Shown: positions 36,491 to 48,412 of the stretch, in pieces
How the letters are laid out: each line of letters begins with the position of its first letter
How positions within the stretch are numbered: the first letter of the stretch is position 1
Assembly: GCA_965644265.1 (NCBI GenBank)
Contig: OZ286462.1
Location: 15,314,001 to 15,378,000 of the forward strand
Origin: Glycera tridactyla
Taxonomy: Eukaryota
Length of the DNA stretch: 64,000 bases
Reading direction: 5' to 3'
The notes under the pieces: generated by a model
What the model saw: only the letters and a program-made list of their open reading frames with translations
What the model was told of the DNA's origin: nothing
Database searches by the model: none
Position numbers and translations under genes: made by a program

Positions 36491-37684
36491 TTAAGTTATT
36501 CCCTTGGGTGAGAAGATGCTGATAGATGCGGATCCAGATATTGTAGCAATTGTAGCAATTGCAGCAGGGTGTCATACTGCGTTGTAACAGAGGCTTCAAT
36601 CCCACGCAATCGATGCTGTTGCAAGATGTCTATCTAATGACTCCACCACGGCAATATCCACTGAATAGGTTCACAGGCCAATAGCTTCACGAGTGCTATA
36701 AGGAGATGATGTTCTGAGGAGGAACCAGCGCCAGTGTATTTGAACTTGCAGGAATGCTGTGACGCCACCGGGATCCATGACAATAGGTCAGTTGCTCATT
36801 TCCCTATGACCTTGGAATCCCTACAACCGACCTCAAGCGTTTACTATTGCATAGCAACACGGTACGAGTATCCATACAGTCATTTCTATGGTGACTGATG
36901 TTGGCGAGGTAGGCCTGTTGTTCGCGGGATTAGCGGGTGGCGGTAGTGTTTTACTGCATCAACAAAATTCGGTTGGAATTGATTGTCTTGTACTAAAACT
37001 CGTGGCAAACATAATTCTTCGAATATATGCGAACCTATGTAAATAGATTCAGAGTCTTCGGAGTTTGTGAGAGTACAGCGGGTGTCAGGAATTGCTCCCA
37101 TTCTCGTACGTCCTGTCTTTTGAATGAATGGGTTCTGCATGAAAGAGTCGAGAAAAAAGGGGTGACACAATCTCGGAGAAAAAAACGGAAGATATATTAC
37201 CAGGCATGAGCTACACATCACCAGGGTTCAATTGACGATATGAGATGTGAAAGTGATGATTATAGGTCATTAGCACTCCTATATTTGAGGGAATCTCTCT
37301 TCAGCCATAAGGATACCACAGATGGGGAACTGCACTTACTCAGATTTGAGCTTTGTTCGATTTTACCTAACAGCAGCACCGAGTAAATCGGGGCCATCAT
37401 GGTTCCACCACTGCTGATGGGATGCAGTCGAAAAACGAATATCAACAATCAAATTCACGCCATCACACCATGTGATATCTCCAGATGCGCTATCGCCTAC
37501 TCATAGATTAACGCGGGCGATATTTCTTGGACATCTGAGGTTTGTCGGGTGAGAACTCCTTTTGTTCTGTTTGAGTTTCTGCTACGATCGGGCATGTTTT
37601 GACATTACCTCAGTAGGTCGTGTGAGGAGTATCGGCTTTGTAATCTGTACATTTCCAGTAATAAATTCTCAGTTAAGATTGTCT

Positions 37685-38515
37685 TGTGATAAAGTGCATG
37701 ATGATCGGATCCCTTACAGGAAATCTCAACTCGAACGTTGTCAGTGTGGGATTCCGACATATAGCACTAAATTCTTACTTATAATTGCCTCGTGATGAAG
37801 TGCATGAATGTCAGATCCCGTTACAGGAGAACTGAACTCAAACGTTGTCAGTGTGGGATTCCGACATATAGTACTAAATCCTTACTTATAGTTGCCTCGT
37901 GATGAAGTGCATGATTATCAGATCCCGTTACAGGAGAACTGAACTCAAACGTTGTCAGTGTGGGATTCCGACATATAGTACTAAAGTCTTACTCATAATT
38001 GCCTCGTGATGAAGTGCATGATTATCAGATCCCGTTACAGGAGATCTGAACTCGAACGTTGTCAGTGTGGGATTCCGACATATAGTATTAAATTCTTACT
38101 TATGATTGCCTCGTGATGAAGTGCATGATTATCAGATCCCGTTACAGGAGATCTGAACTCGAACGTTGTCAGTTTGGGATTATGATATATAGTATTAAAT
38201 TCTTACTTATGATTGCCTCGTGATGAAGTGTATGATTATCAGATCCCGTTACAGGAGATCTGAACTCGAACGTTGTCAGTGTGGGATTATGATATATAGT
38301 ACCAAAGTCTTACTTATAATTGTCTCGTGATGAAGTGCATGGTTGTCAGATCCCGTTACAGGAGATCTGAACTCGAACGTTGTCAGTGTGGGATTATGAT
38401 ATATAGTACTAAAGTCTTACTTATAATTGCCTCGTGATGAAGTGCATGATTGTCAGATCCCGTTACAGGAGATCTGAACTCGAACGTTGCCAGTGTGGGA
38501 TTCTGATATATAGTA
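37685..38515. repeat. 107-bp minisatellite, about 8 copies
   Basis: gtgatgaagtg at 37792, 37899, 38006 and onward. Confidence 0.95.
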
Positions 38516-41194
38516 GATCTAAACTACAACATTGTCCGTATGGACATTTGACATATAGTGAAAAAAGCCACAACTACATGACAGTCATTCTCCCAACACC
38601 CTTAACATTTCTATCAGGCCAACATTATATATTCTCACTTACATACCCATGTTCCCTGTGGGTTTGCACATGAGCTTGGGTATCACGCCTGAAACATAGT
38701 TCACAAGCATATATGACACACGTATGTGAGCACGTATCATATGTTGCTTATGGAATTATCCGTGTATGTTTCATATCATGGAGAACACAAGCAACCTCGA
38801 ATTACGCCGGAAGTTGTGACGGTGACAGGTGACTATTGGACTAGGCTCGACCTGGAATGACTGTGTCCATCCGCGAACCCGCACTACTTTCCGGAAGGTC
38901 ATGTCTTGTGATCAACATGGATCACTCCGATCTCACCAATTTCTGTATATGATAGCCACTCGGATTCGTGTGATTTCCCTGGAGATGTCATCATCATTAT
39001 GGAAAACATGCCTCCCACGATGATAGCAGCAGAGCGGATGTTGACTCTGACAACAGCACCCCCTGGTGTGCTACCACTATTGGCACCTTCATGCGATACT
39101 ACCTCCGAACAACAGGATAGGATTCTCTCAGAGTCCGCCATATTCGAATTGATTCCCTGCAGTTCATGTCTAAATTGAATCTACCTGAACTGTTGTATTT
39201 GGATCCATAACGAATACCACAGATTGAGTTGATCGATTTGCTCTGCTAATGGAGAGAGAATGAAAGTGGTTCGATGTCGCCGTGGTGCTGGTGCTGACGA
39301 TAGTGTTTCNNNNNNNNNNNNNNNNNNNNNNNNNNNNNNNNNNNNNNNNNNNNNNNNNNNNNNNNNNNNNNNNNNNNNNNNNNNNNNNNNNNNNNNNNNN
39401 NNNNNNNNNNNNNNNNNNNNNNNNNNNNNNNNNNNNNNNNNNNNNNNNNNNNNNNNNGATGGTTACAGTGATGGCCACGGCGTCATGTGTGAGTTTTATT
39501 GTCATTCTTGTCATTGTCATTGTTGCTGTTGTTGTTGATTTTTTTCTTGATGGTTTATATCATGGTGCTGACTCTAATTGAGGTTGAGATGGTCTTGAAG
39601 GGCGTCGAGGTCATTGGTGTGAGGTTGTGGAGCCCTAATTGTTGCTGGTATCAAGGGTTTCCGTGGTGGTGCTGGTCTGATGGTGGTGGTTATCAATGTG
39701 GAATATAGTGACGAATGTCAACGCTGCTCGCCCCCACATTGACTGGATAATCTGGCTGATACGTTCTTCTGAAGAATATTGCCTGTTGAGCTATCGAGAA
39801 GTGTGTTGTCTTGTCGGCAGAATATCTCAAACCTGTTTTGAATGTCACAAGGGATGCAGACAAGCGACAACCTTCATCACCATGCCAATCTCACTTGATT
39901 CTCATGAGACACTGAGAACACAGACAGTCAAGAAATAGCAAAGAATGTGAGCTATATTAGCTATATCTGAATGCTTGGCTTGATTCGCCAGGCAAATGAT
40001 GACCGTATTCCATTATTCTCACGCAAAGCCTTCATAAGTCATCCAGGACTGAGTATTGAACCGTAATCACTGCCCAATTCACTACCCAATTCAGATTGCG
40101 GTCTACCACGTATTCAATAATTCCGAAAAAGGAAAATTGGTTATTTGCACTATTGTACTAATTTCTAGGAGCTAGGTTTGATGCCGGATCCTGCACCACT
40201 TTGTTGTGCAGTGAACATCATCGTGAATTGCATTGCTTTATGAGCGAAACGTAAGGGATAACACAGCGTTGCTGAGCAACTTGTTAGATAGAGTGTAAAC
40301 CTTTCAATTCGCAAGACCGTTACGAGTGTATGCTCCATATCGAGGTTACTCGCCCAGTGGGCAACATGTCAGCCACATTTCAAGCACCCCCATAGAGTGG
40401 TGATATATATTGAGGATGAAGCAAAAGGTTAGGGTAGGCTATGATTCATGTGAACAATACACGTCAATATAGGGAAACATTTCAATGATAAAGTAATGTA
40501 TGACGTGTTGAGATATGGAAGATGCTCCAGAATTTTTTCATGATGGTCCCTTACTGTATTTTGTGAATATCATTTTGACTTAGATGGCAAACTTTGTATG
40601 ATGAAGCTCATAAAAATAACGATGTTGCGCAGGAGATGACTTAACTCCTGCACAATTGCCTGACTGAATTGATGATATTGACACTTTTTCGAAGAGACTG
40701 GTATGACATCTTATATCAATATTGTTATGCCTTGTATCACCCACATTGAGATGGTATGTGTATATCTTGTATACTCTGCGGATACCATCAACCTTTGGAA
40801 TTCACGAAATGAAGATGAGGATGACGGAAACTGCATATCATCTTCTGGCCGATAATTACATTGTTGTCAGAGAAGTGTATGCTATGTGTGGCACCTACGC
40901 TCCGATAAGTTCATAGCCATTCTGCCTCGAGTTGTGATGTTAGTATTTGCAACATGGGNNNNNNNNNNNNNNNNNNNNNNNNNNNNNNNNNNNNNNNNNN
41001 NNNNNNNNNNNNNNNNNNNNNNNNNNNNNNNNNNNNNNNNNNNNNNNNNNNNNNNNNNNNNNNNNNNNNNNNNNNNNNNNNNNNNNNNNNNNNNNNNNNN
41101 NNNNNNNNNNNNNNNNNNNNNNNNNNNNNNNNNNNNNNNNNNNNNNNNNNNNNNNNNNNNATCCAAGCTTATGTAGACCTTGTTCTGCTTGCAG

Positions 41195-41299
41195 ACTCGA
41201 TTCCAGGGTGTAACAGGACCTATCGAATTCGATCAGAACCGACGACGAATCAACTTCAAATTCAATATCACGGAATTCCGAACCAAGGAGTTCGTCAAG
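41195..41299 (+). CDS. iGluR-family receptor, exon C (end of ATD)
   Basis: ttctgcttgcag|ACT ... AAG|gtgagt, 105 nt. TRFQGVTGPIEFDQNRRRINFKFNITEFRTKEFVK matches the conserved 'FEGLTG.I.F....R.NF.L.I.E' motif. Confidence 0.92.
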
Positions 41300-41659
41300 G
41301 TGAGTCAATGGGCTACTACAACAGACAGACAGACAGACAAAGAGACAGACAGATGGACAGACAGTCATACAGACACATAAATATAGGGGCAGGAAGAGAG
41401 GCAGGTAAAAGGAGAAAAGGCGAGAAAGCATGTGTGAGAGAACAACTAGGATTGAGACGGAGAAAGGTAGAGCTGGATCGTTTTTTATGGAATAGGGTTG
41501 CTAGTGGAGTCACAGAATAATTACAACAGCAGCTCTAAGAAGATGAGAAACTCTCATGTATTAACAGTGCTCCTAGAATGAAATGAAATATTAGATATTC
41601 GAACTACGTCAAAAGCATTGGGGGAATGAAAGAGATGTTTCATACATGTGTAATTACAG

Positions 41660-41791
41660 GTTGGCGAATGGAGGGCCCTGCCACCTAGTGATCTTCGCAA
41701 GAAACTGGTGTGGATGCCAGAAGATGGCGATGATAGTTCGACAGGGATATTCCCGTTGAAAGGACGTGTATCTCGAGTAGTCACAATATTG
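41660..41791 (+). CDS. iGluR-family receptor, exon D (ATD-S1 linker)
   Basis: taattacag|GTT ... TTG|gtaagt, 132 nt. VGEW...FPLKGRVSRVVTIL matches 'VG.W...L..VTTIL'. Confidence 0.92.
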
Positions 41792-42605
41792 GTAAGTAGA
41801 TCAATATCATTTTCTCAGATCAGACTAAAGGACTTTTATTATATTCCCGCAAAAATGATTGATAGGGACCGACCGTTGCTATCCACTGTTGCTCAAACGC
41901 TACCTGGGTTCTCGATTTCTAAAAAATAGTCAAAGGAAAGTATTATCCATTATGAGCGTCATACTACGGTGAAACATCACGCATAGTGATTCGTTGCCCT
42001 CAATTCAACTTGGTTAATTATGTGGTGCTATTCTTTTTTTAAGAAAATGGAAAGGTAACTTTTCATTTAAGATATGCAGTTTTAACCTTTCATCTGCATC
42101 AAGGGTTGTCATGAAGCCCCATCGCTCTTTGAAGAATTTAATCCAGATTCAATTGATCAGAAAAAAGGACATCTTTTGCCAGAATACTTGTCATTGAAAA
42201 TTGATCACTCGATGAAACCATCAATATAAACCACATCGAAAGGTGTCTTGCACAAAGCAGCGGCATGAATGAGCAAATCCCCTCAAAGTTACAGGTATGG
42301 TATATGGTTCCCTACCTGACCCATATACTCCTATGCTAGGAGAGATCATTCACGATCCACGTTATTTGGAACTTGAACAAGATCTGATGTGTAGCATATC
42401 TCCGTGCGCTCTGAATGTCTTACAATCTTAAGCGTGAAAACATCATCTATACACACATCGGGGTTGAAACTCCCCTCCCCGAATATATTCAACGCATATG
42501 CCCCGTAAGTATGGAAATACCCGAGTATATTGACGGCCATGTTCCATCCTGGTAACAGGTAGGGTATACATTGTCTTTTCAGCTCGATCTATATATTCTT
42601 TCTAG

Positions 42606-42809
42606 GAGAAACCATTCACGATGCTGAAAGAAGATCATGAGCTTCGCGAAGGCAATGACCGTTATGAAGGGTTTGCAGTGGACCTTCTCGAACTCATCGC
42701 CGAGGAACTGGAATTCGAATACGAAGTTTACATCGTACCCGATGGTCAGTTTGGCTCGAAGAAACCTACCGGCGAGTGGAATGGAATGATCGGAGAAGTG
42801 CTGAACGGG
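42606..42809 (+). CDS. iGluR-family receptor, exon E (S1 ligand-binding segment)
   Basis: tctttctag|GAG ... GGG|gtgcgt, 204 nt. EKPFTMLKE...RYEGFAVDLLELIAEEL.F.YE...DGQFGS...GEWNGMIGEVLNG is a canonical S1. Confidence 0.95.
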
Positions 42810-43077
42810 GTGCGTTATGATCTCTTGTCTGCTAGTGGCTTTTTGTTCTCCATGTAGAACTCCAGATGTCAGTTGAGTCCGACTGCCGCAGGATGTCAGC
42901 CCCCCGGAGGGGAGGGTGTGTGAGAGGTGTTGTGTGTGCCCAAGTGTGTGCTGATGTGTACATGTACGTGGGTGTGAGAGTATGCGGACAGAGTGGGTGG
43001 GAGTAAACTTCAGGGTGGGTTTCCACTCGGAACTTGACGGTGGATAGGTAGGGGAATCGGACATCCATATGGATAAA

Positions 43078-43078
43078 A

Positions 43079-43170
<92 letters not shown>
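43078..43170. repeat. (CAGA)n tetranucleotide microsatellite
   Basis: Direct reading. Confidence 0.95.
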
Positions 43171-44061
43171 GGATCTATGACATCCCCCCATTCATTCACA
43201 GCCATGGAAGAATCGCATCAGCCATTATGCCTAGTCACATATAAAAAGCCTGAGTGTGTTTTCGCTTGTCTCAATCTCTCTCATTCCGCATCATCGGCAT
43301 TGAAACAGGGTTTAAAGGTAATTCGCATGACGGGGATACACGTTTATGCTCAGGTCACGAAAGCCTTTCAACTACCATTGTCAACAAAATCCCTGAAAGA
43401 TTTGAGTCAATCTATGTATCCCTAAGACGACAAATACAAAGTGTGAGACAATGATATGCAGGTGTATGAATAATAGCTTGCTGCTGATATCGTCTCACCA
43501 GTAATTGCACATCACAAATATTCGTTCGCCTATATACTGCTATATGCAGATTTGTCCACACATCCATCGACACATTCTACTGAACAATGTGTTCAATGAC
43601 TGCATGCTCGAATCGGATTTTCACCCCCCCCCCGCCCAATTGATCAGGGATGAAATTTCAATTAGTTTTTGACCTTTACCTCACCTTCCTCCCAGAGAAT
43701 GAATGATAATGAAGATAAAGATGAAGATGTGATCAGGGATGTAGTTTCGAATAGTTATTGACCTTTACATGACCCTCCTTCCTGAGAATGGATGATAGTG
43801 AAAATAGAAATACAGTAGTGACATTCCATCAAGAAATTTGAGATACAATACGTTAAGCTTTGCCAGGATGTATCCCTCACAAAGCCTTGACATGTATCGG
43901 TTTAGGGCAAAACGGGCTGAGCAAATGTTCGGCTAGTCGGCTACACTTGAGAAATTGCAAAGGCTGCGGTGATTAAAACAAAAATGACACAGAATTAATT
44001 GCATGGGATGAACACTCTACAATCACCATCACTACCTAAATGACAAGTACTCATTCACACC

Positions 44062-44395
44062 TAGGTGAAGTAAAGTGGTGGAATGGAGAGTTTCCACTGA
44101 GTTATCCCTCCAGAGAAGTGCCTCTTCAGTGAGTGGCGCAGATCTTACAGATCTGTGTAATAGTGCAGGTCCGGTGTGGAAAGGTGTACCTTGTCTATGT
44201 TGGTCACCCATCCGAGGTGGAGCCCTGTTCACCCTTGTAAACAGCACCCCTACCTATATGCTAATTCACACCAGAGTGAAGTATAGTGGTGAAGTGAAGA
44301 GGTTTTACGCAGTTACCTCCTCACAGAAGTGCCTCCTCGGTGAGTGGCGCACATCTTACAGATCTGTGCAATGATGCAGGTCCGGTATGGAATAG
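44062..44395. repeat. Two diverged copies of a 115-bp motif about 210 bp apart
   Basis: gtgaagta.agtggtg...agaagtgcctc..cggtgagtggcgca.atcttacagatctgtg...tgcaggtccggt.tggaa occurs twice. Confidence 0.8.
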
Positions 44396-44868
44396 TGAAG
44401 GTAGTGTTAGAAGGGTGAGATGATGATGGGATTAGTGATTGCAGCTAGGTCCAAGTAATTGTGCCAAGTGTGCTACGTGGGTGGCCCGGATTGCGTTAGG
44501 TGATTATGATGAAGCGTTCTCAGGAACTGTAATCAGCGCTAACTTGATTACGAATGACAGCCAAGGCCCACCATCACTCTCACCCCCATCACCATCCATC
44601 TACGATATACAAATAGCATATTGTTATGAGATTGCCACAACACCATACTCCATCTAGCGTCAAGTACCTGTGAGGTGCCTCGTCGTCCTCATAGCTGGGC
44701 ACATAAAGAATAAATACGGGAGAGATTGAGGAGAGATCCACCAAGAGAGGGAGTGGAGTCGGAACAGAGAACACTAGACAGCGATAGCGAGCAAGATAGA
44801 GTGAGGTGGAGAGAGAGGAAGGGGAAGTGAAATATATTGAGAGAGAGAGGAGTGGGAGCGAAACAGAC

Positions 44869-44914
<46 letters not shown>

Positions 44915-46243
44915 CAAGAGAGAGTCAGTTCGCTACAGCCAGGTAGGTGTTCTGTCAAATCCATTCATAGAGGCGTGAGATCAATCATGAATCAAGTGAT
45001 ATTTGCCTGAATGAACTTCCAATGACGACGCTCCAGGCCTTCTGCCGAGGGGGAAGGAGCGGGGCAGAGAGGGAAAGAGAGAGAAAGAAAGAAAGAAAGT
45101 GAGGGGTAGATGAAGGGGAAAGAGGAGTGATGGATTTAAATATTTTGATACATAGTCTCGTATCTCGGTTATCACATTGTTGTGTCCTTTAAAGAGATTT
45201 GACCGTCTTCGCGGAATTCGATTCAACTTTCTTTCAATTCGTACAAAGAATACAATTGCATGCAATCAAACATACGTTTTCAGTACGACGAAATGTATAT
45301 ATGAAATATGATGGATGAGATGGTAAGTTAAGAGTTGTTAACACTACAAAGAAATATAAAAATTTTCAATAGATGGTAGTAATTTTGGTGATGATGAATG
45401 ATTTATGATATTAAATGAAGATGATGAATACGCATTGAGGACGGTATGGTCACTGGCTACTCGGTTCGTTTTTTGTGATGTTCGCGTTTCTTCTAAACTA
45501 GTTCCTATATATTACACAGGTAAAGGTAAAATATGGTGTCAAGTCTTTATCATTTATGAAGGTATTTCACCAATATACAAATATTAAGGTAAGAATATGA
45601 ATATTCACTGCGAGCCATCAATATGGATGATGATATTCACTCCCCAAGGTTCCACACGATATCGTGTATATTGCTTGACAGGATCGGAGAAATACGAAAT
45701 GAAGGGAGAATATCATATAACACAAAGATAGGAAAATGGCAACGATATGTAGCCGGTGATCAAACAAGCAAAAGAGCTGTGGTGACAAACACCATAAGTC
45801 TAAATAATACCGCAAACTTCTCTCGACCATGGTTAACAATGCCAAGGATGCTCACAGGTGAGAAGTGAAGAGATATCCATCGTCAATGAATATATCATAA
45901 CACGAATAATAGATTGTAAAATTTGGCGATACTGTTATATATACAGGCCATAGGTCATTTTTCAGATACAGAGTGTGGGTGTGCAGCTTCCGTCCTACTT
46001 CAAGCAAGTACTCGTGTACGACATGAAACTTTCGAGAAATCGATGAATAGTCATGATGAAACACCAACCTTCGTGCATCACAAGTGCACGCATATGAATT
46101 GAATCTGATGGTGGTTTCAGCACATAAGTTCATCACATATCCCCCGAGAGGCTAAGCATGTTGTGTGATAAACTGTGTGCTCTTTTAGAAAGTAGCTCAT
46201 TTTTAGAGGCTGACCAAGTTTATCTTTTCGTCTCTTTTTTCAG

Positions 46244-47076
46244 AATGCGACGATGACAATGGCGCCACTTAGTATCAACGCCGACCGGGAGAGGGCCATC
46301 GATTTTACGAAGCCATTCAAAACACGCGGTATTGCTGTTCTGATGAAAACGCCGGAATCCCAAGCGTCCTATTTCCAGTTCCTGAAGCCACTTTCCACCA
46401 CTGTGTGGCTCTGTATACTCCTCGCGGTGTTAGTGACATCTGTTATCTTGTATGCGCTCGAGCGGTACAAAAACAAGTCGCGGCGTGGCGACACTCAGTC
46501 ATTTCGAGTGCGGGAGAGCTGTTGGTTTGTTTTTGGAAGTTTAGTTCAGGTGGGAACGGATGTGTCCCCAGTTTCCATTGCTGGTCGTATGCTCACCAGT
46601 GCATGGTGGTTATTTTCTCTTATGATGGTTAGCACATATACCGCCAATTTAGCCGCTTTTCTGACTGTGAAAAAGATCCAACCCCCTATCTCAACAGTTA
46701 CAGACCTGGCAGGCCAGGCTAAGATCCAGTTCGGCACTGTTAGAAACAGTGGAGTGGAGTCCTTCTTCAAGAAGACTAAAATTCCTGCATTCGCTGAAAT
46801 GTGGGCCTATATGGATGATGTCTTTGAGGACACAATGGTGAATAACACTTTAGATGGACTTGAAAGGGTGAAGCAGGGCAATTATGCATTTCTTTGGGAT
46901 AATACCGTGACATCATTTATGGCCAAAGAGGACTGCAAGTTCACTGAGATTGGCCCATCGTTTGATCCCAAGGGGTTCGGTATAGGGGTGCCACCCGGTG
47001 CCACTTATCGTGAACCTCTTTCTCTTGCGATTCTCAGGTTGGGCGATGATGGGAAAATATCCGAACTGGAGAACAC
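46244..47076 (+). CDS. iGluR-family receptor, exon F (end of S1, M1, M2 pore loop, M3, S2)
   Basis: tttttttcag|AAT ... AC|gtgagt. Contains APLSINADRERAIDFTKPF, M1, WFVFGSLVQVG, STYTANLAAFLTV, GTVRNSGVESFF and YAFLWD. Confidence 0.97.
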
Positions 47077-48174
47077 GTGAGTGGAACTGCCTTGNNNNNN
47101 NNNNNNNNNNNNNNNNNNNNNNNNNNNNNNNNNNNNNNNNNNNNNNNNNNNNNNNNNNNNNNNNNNNNNNNNNNNNNNNNNNNNNNNNNNNNNNNNNNNN
47201 NNNNNNNNNNNNNNNNNNNNNNNNNNNNNNNNNNNNNNNNNNNNNNNNNNNNTCCGTCCGTTTGTCTGTCCATCCTGCTATCTGTCTGTTCATCAACCCG
47301 TTGGTGTGCCATTATGTCAGTCTGTTCTCAATGTGTTGCACTGAATATGAAGGGTTTGGTATGCGAATCATTTATCTCATCATTGAAGGCATATCATCGA
47401 ATATATGATGTATCTGTCACAGACTATGAAATTTCATTGTGCACATTCCTACATCATACCTAGACGGTTTTTTTTTAAATCCTGCGATTCCACTAATGCC
47501 ATCAGCGTGAAATCTGCTCTTAATGAAATTGCGACTATTTGAGCGTTTTTTCGTGACAGATTACCAATGCAATATCATTTGCTCGGAACCTGCATCTAAA
47601 CAATTATGTACATAATGGGAAATGGCGAATGAGCAATTAGAGCAATTAGAGCAGTCCAGTCCACTGGTCATCTCGTCTTGGTGCTGAATACCAAACTACG
47701 CAGCGTTCCCACAGAGTGTCAAGGCTGACATAGAATAATTCCCTCATATTCACATGACTAGAGCCTCATGGAATCCCATGACAGGAACACAAAGTGAAAT
47801 AAGACTGATTCTATCCAATATTTCTTCAATCCTGCCTCCATACCAGAGACATATAATGTTAGGACATTTTTAATTATGTGATTCAACTGAGTGAAGGCAG
47901 CCAAAAATATTGTAGGTAATTTGTGTATGAATACAAGAAAGTTATGCACCACCCCTGCATAGTCCCGGGGGGGGGGGGTGGAGTTATATAATCGGACAGG
48001 GAGGTTGATGGGCGGGGATAAACAGGCAAGAAGTGGACCATGACGTTTTTTATTCACTTCTAATGCCTATAACTTCAATCCAACATGGCTGTCAGGCTTT
48101 CAGCATGAGTTTGAACTGCATGAGTTCGAGGCAGAAAACATTCTCCATTGTGTGACATGGCGCTGTTGTTGTAG

Positions 48175-48412
48175 ATGGTGGGGTGGTGGTAATTGCGAGG
48201 ACTTTACCAAGCCGACGGCGGATACTACCTCGGAGCTTCAGCTTGAGAATGTCGCCGGTATCTTCTTCATCCTTTTCGGCGGATTCGCCCTCTCCATCCT
48301 CATCTGGGCGCTTGCTCGTCTCCTCGCCATACCCAGGCAACGTTCAGCCAGGAAGGAGAACAGTAGTTATTCCTTACCAGATGCTAATGGTAGGTATCAC
48401 TCTCATCCCTGA
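48175..48412 (+). CDS. iGluR-family receptor, exon G (pre-M4, M4, start of C-tail); donor at 48389/48390 or read-through to TGA 48410-48412
   Basis: gttgttgtag|A completes phase 2 (ENT-WW). WWGGGNC...LQLENVAGIFFILFGGFALSIL is a canonical M4 region. AATG|gtaggt is a plausible donor. Confidence 0.93.

Noticed and set aside
38899-39260. Open frames on both strands (IVGGMFSIMMMTS resembling M3; PWCATT resembling FN2/kringle)
   Set aside because: Key conserved residues are missing (no YTANL; FN2 Cys pattern incomplete) and no consistent splice model emerges.
42579-43425. ORFs of 118-208 aa spanning (CAGA)n
   Set aside because: Microsatellite-driven (DRQT and SVCL repeats).
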